In this document: positions 1-5,877 of the stretch, piece by piece
Layout: every line of letters starts with the position of its first letter
Numbering within the stretch: position 1 is the first letter of the stretch
From: a virus
Lineage: Duplodnaviria > Caudoviricetes
IMG/VR virus record: IMGVR_UViG_3300027222_000006
Span: 1 to 45,506 of that record
Length of the DNA stretch: 45,506 bases
Direction: 5' to 3' (one strand)
Made by a program: the position numbers and the translations under genes
Notes under the pieces: model-generated
The model's input: only the letters and a program-made list of their open reading frames with translations
Told to the model about the DNA's origin: nothing
The model's database searches: none

Positions 1-1081
1 CATTCCAGATAAATAGTGAATCTGTATCTTGTACAATATATGCATCGCCAACTACCGCATCATTTGGAAGATTACCAATACTTTGTACATTGCCTTTAAA
101 TACAATGCCCATACCCGGTGAACCAGCAGCACCTTGAGCGCCCGCCGCACCTTGAGCACCTACCGTACCAGTGCCACCAGCACCGCCGTATGTATCAATC
201 ATATATGTTACTGATTGACCAACTGCAAATGTATAAGGGCTTTGAACAGGAGAATATGAGTTATCCTCGTAGGTTACAAAAACTTCAGTGTAATCATTAT
301 CATTATCATCACCACCTCCTATTTCAGCATTAATTCTACTATAGCCAGTAATTTCGTAAATAGCGTATCTTTCTGGATTATCAACATCTACGATTGTAAT
401 AGTTGCACCTAAACTAAGATTACCAGGGTCTCTCTTAGACAAATAATTCTCTAGTAGAACGTTACGAACATTATTTTGATCTAAGTTATAAAATTTGATA
501 GATGATACAAGTGATGGATCTAGTGAATTGAATGTAACTGATTTTAGATCAGGGTTTGAACCATCAATTGCTGAAACATTATATAAAACTTTTGCAACAT
601 TGCCAGCACCCGATGCTGTTGAACCAGAACCAGAACCTGAAGTGCCTGAACCACTGCCAGCACCTGGAACCGATGATCCATTATTATCACCAATCAAAAG
701 TTGTGGTAAAACATACGTCTTAGCAGATGGATAATAGTTTGAATATGTAATTGTTACTTGTGCGTATACATTACCCGCAGCCATTGAAGCTGCTTGCTGC
801 GCCGTAACACTAAATGAAATATGACCTTGTGTAGATGAAGCTGGAGCACCAATTGTTAGTGGATTTGTTTGTCCAGGAATAATTGGGTTTGAATATTGGT
901 AGGTTTTTTGACCAAATGAATTATAAAGAGATACGGTAATTGCATCAGCATCTGCCGCATTTAATTGATTATTAATATAATCTTTATAAAGAATAAGTTC
1001 AACCGTTGTAGCAACACCTTGTTGTAGTGAAATCCCCATAGGGATAAAAGCCATAATGTCGTCTTTAGAAACGTAAGGCAT
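1..1081 (-). CDS. Tail fibre/virion structural protein with collagen-like repeat (5' part; runs off the left edge; not in ORF track)
   Basis: Translated by hand from ATG at 1081: MPYVSKDDIMAFIPMG... stays open to position 1. It has a Gly/Ser linker, Gly-X-Y repeats (GAQGAAGAQGAAGSPG) and a GIVFKGNV..LP....GDAYIV...LFIWN fibre-type motif. A GATATATA late-promoter motif lies at 1111-1118. Confidence 0.75.
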   Translation of the reverse strand, partial: MPYVSKDDIMAFIPMGISLQQGVATTVELILYKDYINNQLNAADADAITVSLYNSFGQKTYQYSNPIIPGQTNPLTIGAPASSTQGHISFSVTAQQAASMAAGNVYAQVTITYSNYYPSAKTYVLPQLLIGDNNGSSVPGAGSGSGTSGSGSGSTASGAGNVAKVLYNVSAIDGSNPDLKSVTFNSLDPSLVSSIKFYNLDQNNVRNVLLENYLSKRDPGNLSLGATITIVDVDNPERYAIYEITGYSRINAEIGGGDDNDNDYTEVFVTYEDNSYSPVQSPYTFAVGQSVTYMIDTYGGAGGTGTVGAQGAAGAQGAAGSPGMGIVFKGNVQSIGNLPNDAVVGDAYIVQDTDSLFIWN

Positions 1082-1127
1082 AATTTTGGTATCTTATTTT
1101 GTATTTCTTTTATATATCTTATGTATT

Positions 1128-1829
1128 TTAGGCAAAGTCCCTAACAAGTGCATTAAACAAGACCGCTTTAGCTACTGGAAGTATAGCATCTTCAAACGGT
1201 ATATCCTTAAAAGCAATGCCTAATCTGCAAAACATTAAAGTCTCATTTTCATTTTGATATTGATCATAAAACTTTACAATATTTTCTTGATTATTCTCAA
1301 ATACTTCAATATTTTTTAGTTGAATTTGTCTCCAAGAATTAGACATTTTAGTTGGTTTATCAAAATAAAATGTGTATATGGATTCATTATATGGAATGAT
1401 CATGTATCCGGCATTTAAAAGCGATTGTTTTTTTGGAATCCAAGTCAATCGAATACTTGATTCAACTTTTCTCCAAATTTCACGGGCGTCCATATAGACA
1501 TCACCAAATTCTACAATAGCTTCATCTACAATATCATCTACAATACGATGATTTAGGGCATCATCAGTTTGTAAGTCTTCATAGATTATTTCAAAATTGA
1601 TAAAGTCAATATCCTTTGGGACTCTTAATTGTTCGTCCTTGACTTCAATTTCATATTTTATACGATACAGTGAATCTAGCTGATTTTCGACATATTCGAT
1701 AACCGGCCAGACTTTGTGTTCTTTTAAATCCTTTCTAAGACGTGACAAAATTGCCAACATCCTATAATGTTTCAATTCATAATCAACAGGACCATCTGTT
1801 AACCATGACATGTTGTCTTCATTTGCCAT
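1128..1829 (-). CDS. Hypothetical protein (233 aa), possibly related to a conserved Bacteroidota protein
   Basis: Long ORF with late motif at 1836-1843. WLTDGPVDYELKHY and PFEDAILPVAK recall a host family (from memory, unverified). Confidence 0.7.
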   Translation of the reverse strand: MANEDNMSWLTDGPVDYELKHYRMLAILSRLRKDLKEHKVWPVIEYVENQLDSLYRIKYEIEVKDEQLRVPKDIDFINFEIIYEDLQTDDALNHRIVDDIVDEAIVEFGDVYMDAREIWRKVESSIRLTWIPKKQSLLNAGYMIIPYNESIYTFYFDKPTKMSNSWRQIQLKNIEVFENNQENIVKFYDQYQNENETLMFCRLGIAFKDIPFEDAILPVAKAVLFNALVRDFA

Positions 1830-1865
1830 ACCAAGTATATATCAGTATAGCGTTTTAGTCATCTT

Positions 1866-2432
1866 TTACCAGAGTGATTTATTTTGCACTATTTTTTTCC
1901 AGTGTGGTGCTAATTTTCGCTCTTTTGGTTTTAGAATATGGCGTGGTTGTTGGTGTTGCATCCTTGGTATCAATTGAATTTCTTCAAACGATTTTAGGGG
2001 ACGATTTTCAACAATTGCCTTTATATAAAAATAGAGATCACGTGTTGTACCGTCAAACGTTTCCATAATTTCAATAACCATGTCAACATTGATATGAAAT
2101 TCTTTGGCTAATTCATCTTGTAGCGCAATTAAACGATTGTGCTCATTTTCAAGATGTGTTTCCATCATAATCTTGATGCGCTTATTTTTCTTTTGGCGCT
2201 CTTGAACTTTAAGTTCTTCAAGCGTATCATGATGGTACCCCTGCATTGCATCAATTTCTGCACATTTTAGGCGATATATCTCTTCTTCTAAATATGTTTC
2301 AGCACCGAGCGGATCTTGTTCAAATTCACCAAATTCAATTTGTTGAAGTAGTTTTGAACCGCCTTTAAAATACTGTGTACGATCAAGCTTTTGTGTAGGG
2401 TAAAACCTACGCCACCATGTAAATTGACTCAT
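1866..2432 (-). CDS. Hypothetical protein (188 aa)
   Basis: Long ORF in the co-oriented gene array; N-terminal FTWWRRF. Confidence 0.75.
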   Translation of the reverse strand: MSQFTWWRRFYPTQKLDRTQYFKGGSKLLQQIEFGEFEQDPLGAETYLEEEIYRLKCAEIDAMQGYHHDTLEELKVQERQKKNKRIKIMMETHLENEHNRLIALQDELAKEFHINVDMVIEIMETFDGTTRDLYFYIKAIVENRPLKSFEEIQLIPRMQHQQPRHILKPKERKLAPHWKKIVQNKSLW

Positions 2433-2438
2433 ATCTTA

Positions 2439-2666
2439 TTAAAGATTATCGCGGACAGCGTTATGTAAAATCATTTGACTAGTTGGTGCAATACCAAAGC
2501 TAACCCAATTATCGATATTATTGAATCGTGAACGACACAGATCCATAATAGTCTCATCAAACGGCAAATGATTGCCATTGTTATCGGTCACGGGATGCCA
2601 TACAGTTTCCCATCCCTCATTGAGGAATGTAACCCATGCCATTTCTTGATTCAAATCTAGTACCAT
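2439..2666 (-). CDS. Hypothetical protein (75 aa)
   Basis: ORF directly downstream of the early-type promoter at 2687-2721. Confidence 0.7.
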   Translation of the reverse strand: MVLDLNQEMAWVTFLNEGWETVWHPVTDNNGNHLPFDETIMDLCRSRFNNIDNWVSFGIAPTSQMILHNAVRDNL

Positions 2667-2686
2667 GTGTTTGTGCTTTAATTATA

Positions 2687-2721
2687 CTACTAATATAATA
2701 AAAAAACCCGACATAAAAAAA
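2687..2721 (-). promoter_or_regulatory. Putative early (host-sigma) promoter TTTTTTTATGTC-N12-TATATTAGTAG, overlapping a CCCGACAT/ATGTCGGG terminator-like hairpin
   Basis: The same two blocks with the same 12-nt spacing recur at 20443-20477. TATATTAG resembles the Bacteroidota -7 element TAnnTTTG. Confidence 0.6.
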
Positions 2722-2754
2722 TGTCGGGCTAACTTTTTTGCAAATATTTTAAAA

Positions 2755-3075
2755 TTATTTTGCTTTCTTCTTTTGAATCTCTTCTATAAATTCATCGGCT
2801 GAAGAAACTGAATTTACAATCTTATTAGATTTCAATCCCCATTGCATAATGAACCAATCCATTTCCATTTCTGCAAACTTTTGTGAAAGACCTAATTGTT
2901 CTTTCAGGTGTTTAACACCCCATTGCACAAATGTTTGTTCTTGTTCATGTGTGACAACATATTTGGTGTACCACAATTGATCTGACTTCACATCATCATA
3001 TGTTTTACCAAATGGCTCTAGTTGCTTATTTACTAAAGCTAAGAAAACTTCTTGTTGCTTCATTTTTTTAAACAT
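2755..3075 (-). CDS. Hypothetical protein (106 aa)
   Basis: ORF coupled to the upstream gene by a TAATG overlap. Confidence 0.7.
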   Translation of the reverse strand: MFKKMKQQEVFLALVNKQLEPFGKTYDDVKSDQLWYTKYVVTHEQEQTFVQWGVKHLKEQLGLSQKFAEMEMDWFIMQWGLKSNKIVNSVSSADEFIEEIQKKKAK

Positions 3076-3284
3076 TAGTTAAAAATTAATTCTTGTGAAT
3101 CAAGAACACCCTGGTCTTGAAGATACACAAATTCATTAATTGACATTGATACCATAACGGTGTTTTGTGTTGCTATGCCAGAATAATTAATATGAATACC
3201 ACTAACATCAAGTGGTGCGTCAGGTCCAATCAAACCTGAAAGTAAGATTACATCCGATGGGTGTACGTAGATATGAACTTTCAT
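3075..3284 (-). CDS. Hypothetical protein (69 aa, start MKVHIY)
   Basis: Start revised from 3332 to ATG 3284, which follows the late motif at 3291-3298 and the stop of the 3286-3420 ORF. Confidence 0.6.
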   Translation of the reverse strand: MKVHIYVHPSDVILLSGLIGPDAPLDVSGIHINYSGIATQNTVMVSMSINEFVYLQDQGVLDSQELIFN

Positions 3285-3285
3285 A

Positions 3286-3420
3286 TTATTTATATATCTT
3301 ATCAGAACATGCTTGACATAGTTGTCCGGCACCCTCTACATAATTATTACGAAAATCAATATGAATTGTTTCATCATATTGTGTTTCGGTGTTGCAAGAT
3401 ACGCATTTATCTTTAGCCAT
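3286..3420 (-). CDS. Small zinc-finger-like protein (44 aa; not in ORF track)
   Basis: MAKDKCVSCNTETQYDETIHIDFRNNYVEGAGQLCQACSDKIYK has two CxxC pairs and fills the gap between tRNA-Glu and the next gene. Confidence 0.7.
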   Translation of the reverse strand: MAKDKCVSCNTETQYDETIHIDFRNNYVEGAGQLCQACSDKIYK

Positions 3421-3441
3421 TTTAAACTGTTTTAAAGTTAG

Positions 3442-3515
3442 TGACCCGTACGAGATTCGAACTCGTGATCTTCTCCGTGAAAGGGAGATGTCCTAAACCG
3501 CTAGACGAACGGGCC
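3442..3515 (-). tRNA. trnE: tRNA-Glu(TTC), CCA not encoded
   Basis: GGCCCGTTCGTCTAGCGGTTTAGGACATCTCCCTTTCACGGAGAAGATCACGAGTTCGAATCTCGTACGGGTCA folds as a cloverleaf. Confidence 0.95.
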
Positions 3516-3527
3516 GAATATTATATA

Positions 3528-3794
3528 TTACCATTTACCAAGTGGACATTTTGAACGAGGTGAAAGTGTTTTTGCTGAAAGATTACAACCACAACCCCGT
3601 GTTAAATTTCCAGTAACTGTATGTGGTGCAACCTTCGTTGGATCGCATACAGAACCAGATCTTAGTCCACATTCATTACATTGATTAAGTCTTTTTTCTG
3701 AAAGTGCTTTTAATTGCGGATCAAGTGTATTAAACTTATCTTTAATTAAGTGTGCCCAACCTGTCAATATTTCATTGATTGTTTCCGGCTTCAC
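3528..3794 (-). CDS. Cys-rich putative metal-binding protein (88 aa)
   Basis: CNEC...C...GCGC...K......CPLGKW pattern. Confidence 0.75.
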   Translation of the reverse strand: MKPETINEILTGWAHLIKDKFNTLDPQLKALSEKRLNQCNECGLRSGSVCDPTKVAPHTVTGNLTRGCGCNLSAKTLSPRSKCPLGKW

Positions 3795-4104
3795 TTTCTA
3801 AAACATTTAATCTACGTGTGTTAGCATCAACAATAGAACGTGTACGATCTGTAAACGTAGCAACCTGTTGAAGTGACTCATTCAATTGTTGAATATCCTG
3901 AGTAAGTGCATCCATACGTGAAGAAAGTTCACGCATGTTTTGAATGTGAGCTGCCATACCTGATTCAAGGGTACTAATCCGCTCATTCAAATTCTCTTCA
4001 AATTCAAAATTCTCAAACGAAACATCCATAATATCATTGTTTATTTTGATATGTAAATATACCACTGCAATAATGGATGCTATTGATAATATAATTGAAA
4101 TCAT
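3772..4104 (-). CDS. Membrane-anchored coiled-coil protein (110 aa)
   Basis: N-terminal hydrophobic helix followed by heptad repeats; middle-type promoter at 4132-4158. Confidence 0.7.
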   Translation of the reverse strand: MISIILSIASIIAVVYLHIKINNDIMDVSFENFEFEENLNERISTLESGMAAHIQNMRELSSRMDALTQDIQQLNESLQQVATFTDRTRSIVDANTRRLNVLESEAGNNQ

Positions 4105-4131
4105 TTTTTAATAGATATTTTTTTATATCTT

Positions 4132-4158
4132 TTATACTTATTTAAATAAAAATGTTTC
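4132..4158 (-). promoter_or_regulatory. Putative middle promoter GAAAC-N17-TATAA
   Basis: Same motif and spacing at 5129-5155, 5453-5479, 5753-5779, 21456-21482 and 37477-37503; a TACAA variant at 41865-41891. Confidence 0.65.
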
Positions 4159-4164
4159 AAAAAT

Positions 4165-4195
4165 AAAAAAGGGTATACCTTTCGATATACCCTTT
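4165..4195 (-). terminator. Intrinsic terminator after the tRNA operon
   Basis: AAAGGGTATATC-GAAA-GGTATACCCTTTTTT hairpin with U-tract. Confidence 0.8.
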
Positions 4196-4213
4196 AGACC
4201 GGCAGTCAAGTAG

Positions 4214-4287
4214 TGGACCGTAACGGATTCGAACCGTTGACCCCCTGCGTGCAAGGCAGGTGCTCTAGCCAGCTGAGCTAACAGCCC
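4214..4287 (-). tRNA. trnA: tRNA-Ala(TGC), CCA not encoded
   Basis: GGGCTGTTAGCTCAGCTGGCTAGAGCACCTGCCTTGCACGCAGG...GGTTCGAATCC...GGTCCA; G3-U70 alanine identity pair present. Confidence 0.95.
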
Positions 4288-4377
4288 AAGTTGATTGGTA
4301 ATCAACATGCGATTGTTGAGGACAATCATAACCTCCACTTGGCTCCACCTTGTTTTTATAAGAGACAAGGAACTCTT

Positions 4378-4453
4378 TGGAGCGAAAGACCGGGTTCGAA
4401 CCGGCGACCCTGACCTTGGCAAGGTCATGCTCTACCAACTGAGCTACTTTCGC
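4378..4453 (-). tRNA. trnG: tRNA-Gly(GCC) with encoded CCA
   Basis: GCGAAAGTAGCTCAGTTGGTAGAGCATGACCTTGCCAAGGTCA...GGTTCGAACCC...TTTCGCTCCA. Confidence 0.95.
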
Positions 4454-4459
4454 ATTCTT

Positions 4460-4551
4460 GGGGCTTCTCCTCTTTAGCGCGCTTTCAGCATCAAGGACCC
4501 TACCTAAGCGATCCGTCGACCGTGCTCTTAGGGTTTTACGTTTACCTCCCC
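4460..4551 (-). ncRNA. Candidate structured ncRNA between tRNA-Thr and tRNA-Gly
   Basis: GC-rich spacer closed by GGGG/CCCC, with internal ACCCTA/TAGGGT, CCTAAG/CTTAGG and GCT-GAA-AGC pairings; no credible ORF. Confidence 0.4.
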
Positions 4552-4554
4552 ATT

Positions 4555-4630
4555 TGGAGCCTCTTGTCGGACTCGAACCAACGACCTACTGATTACAAAT
4601 CAGTGGCTCTACCAACTGAGCTAAAGAGGC
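4555..4630 (-). tRNA. trnT: tRNA-Thr(TGT) with encoded CCA
   Basis: GCCTCTTTAGCTCAGTTGGTAGAGCCACTGATTTGTAATCAGTAGG...GGTTCGAGTCC...AGAGGCTCCA. Confidence 0.95.
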
Positions 4631-4635
4631 ATTTT

Positions 4636-4706
4636 GACTTAACCACCTCCCTATCTGCAGATGCATGAGACTGCCGAGCTAATTGCATATACAGTCTAGT
4701 TAAGTC
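4636..4706 (-). ncRNA. Candidate tRNA-sized (71 nt) structured RNA with possible pseudoknot
   Basis: 10-bp closing stem GACTTAACTA/TGGTTAAGTC, inner stem GACTGT/GCAGTC and a crossing ATGCA/TGCAT pairing. Confidence 0.45.
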
Positions 4707-4762
4707 ATGGAAACGGTTCTGTTAAAGTGCTAGCCCCGTCCCCACGGCTAGACTCAGTACGA

Positions 4763-4963
4763 TTACTTTGCTGCGTCTGAAGCACCTGGACCCTGTACCA
4801 TGCCACCTTCTTCAGCTTCAACGTGACCTGGGCCAACGATGTCATCTTCGATAGGAGTAGCAACCACTGTAGTGTCAACAGTTGTTTCTTCAACTTGAGC
4901 AGCTTCTTCAGTACAAGCTACTGCAGCAAATGCTAGAGCAGCAAATAAAAGAACCTTTTTCAT
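4763..4963 (-). CDS. Small acidic lipoprotein (66 aa)
   Basis: MKKVLLFAALAFAAVA-C is a type II signal peptide with lipobox. The 5125 start in the ORF track runs through tRNA-Ser and is wrong. Confidence 0.85.
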   Translation of the reverse strand: MKKVLLFAALAFAAVACTEEAAQVEETTVDTTVVATPIEDDIVGPGHVEAEEGGMVQGPGASDAAK

Positions 4964-4984
4964 ATCTTTGTTAATTTTAAGGTT

Positions 4985-5009
4985 AAAGGGAACTCTATTA
5001 AGTTCCTTT
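4985..5009 (-). terminator. Hairpin 3' of tRNA-Ser (terminator or processing signal)
   Basis: AAAGGAACT-TAATAG-AGTTCCCTTT. Confidence 0.45.
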
Positions 5010-5010
5010 G

Positions 5011-5095
5011 CGGAGGCGGTAGGATTCGAACCTACGGACCTGTTACAGTCAACAGTTTTCAAGACTGCCGCGATCGACCACTCTGCCACGCCTCC
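5011..5095 (-). tRNA. trnS: tRNA-Ser(TGA), long variable arm, CCA not encoded
   Basis: GGAGGCGTGGCAGAGTGGTCGATCGCGGCAGTCTTGAAAACTGTT...GGTTCGAATCCTACCGCCTCCG. Confidence 0.95.
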
Positions 5096-5214
5096 TTTTG
5101 TTATTATCAATATTTCAAAGAACACAAATTATACATTGAATGTATTATTTGTTTCAGTTTTTGTTGAAATTTCTTTCAACTTTTGTTGCTCTAAGAGCGT
5201 ACACGTCTGGGTTG

Positions 5215-5288
5215 TGAACCCGACAGGATTCGAACCTGTGACCGTCTCATTAGAAGTGAGATGCTCTATCCAGCTGAGCTACGGGTCC
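5215..5288 (-). tRNA. trnR: tRNA-Arg(TCT), CCA not encoded
   Basis: GGACCCGTAGCTCAGCTGGATAGAGCATCTCACTTCTAATGAGA...GGTTCGAATCCTGTCGGGTTCA. Confidence 0.95.
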
Positions 5289-5310
5289 AAATCATTTTAG
5301 ATTTAGTTTG

Positions 5311-5392
5311 TGCGGATGAAAGGAATCGAACCTTCACTTCGTAAGAAACCAGATCCTAAGTCTGGCGCGTCTACCAATTTCGCCACATCCGC
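5311..5392 (-). tRNA. trnL: tRNA-Leu(TAG), CCA not encoded
   Basis: GCGGATGTGGCGAAATTGGTAGACGCGCCAGACTTAGGATCTGG...GGTTCGATTCCTTTCATCCGCA. Confidence 0.95.
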
Positions 5393-5488
5393 ATTGGAAG
5401 CCGAAACTTCCGTTGTGTAATCAAAAAAAACAAAGAACTAAACTTACTTTATTTATACTCTCAAGCTTGAGTTTGTTTCGTTTGAGAT

Positions 5489-5731
5489 TTATATATTTTC
5501 AACTTTTTTTACCTCATTGATTTTTTCAAAACGGTAATTGTCTTTAATATAAAGATTCAACGCTTGACCTTGTGACTTTGCATTAACAAAGGCAACATAG
5601 TCCATTACAGATACTTCGTAATAAATATAACTTGCATGGCTAAAATGTACAGTCAATGTTTTATGCTCATAGTTATAAGAGCTTGATTGTACTGTTGAAC
5701 TATCGTAAGTATTATTTTGAACTTTAATCAT
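5489..5731 (-). CDS. KTSC-domain protein
   Basis: SS.V.S..Y......L.V.F....Y.Y..V....Y..F..A.S.G...N..IK..Y.F matches the KTSC pattern; middle promoter at 5753-5779. Confidence 0.8.
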   Translation of the reverse strand: MIKVQNNTYDSSTVQSSSYNYEHKTLTVHFSHASYIYYEVSVMDYVAFVNAKSQGQALNLYIKDNYRFEKINEVKKVENI

Positions 5732-5877
5732 AGTAATTTCTTTTAACAGTTATTATACATTGCCTTTTAGAAATGTTTCTAAAGTTACAATAAAAATAAA
5801 AATATTTTAAGGATTAAACAAAAGGGAGTAAACTAGCGTATAAGTTATGGTTTTATGCCTGAGGGTAAAATATAACT

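Noticed and set aside
3346-3372. GAAAC-type promoter near 3368
   Set aside because: There is no TATAA at 17-nt spacing, and the site lies inside the 44-aa zinc-finger ORF.
4460-4492. GCUGAAAGC...UAA...GAAGCCCC resemblance to 23S rRNA helix 97
   Set aside because: The exact match is only about 9-11 nt, and a match of that length between a 100-nt spacer and a whole rRNA is plausible by chance.
4138-5300. ORFs 4138-4428, 4295-4477, 4705-4893, 4968-5300 and the 5' extension of 4763-5125
   Set aside because: They overlap tRNA genes or the lipoprotein gene in other frames.
3421-5400. tRNA-associated theta (HDV-like), hammerhead, twister or pistol ribozymes
   Set aside because: I could not fit the nested double pseudoknot or the catalytic-core consensus of these classes to any tRNA trailer by eye; a covariance search is still worthwhile.
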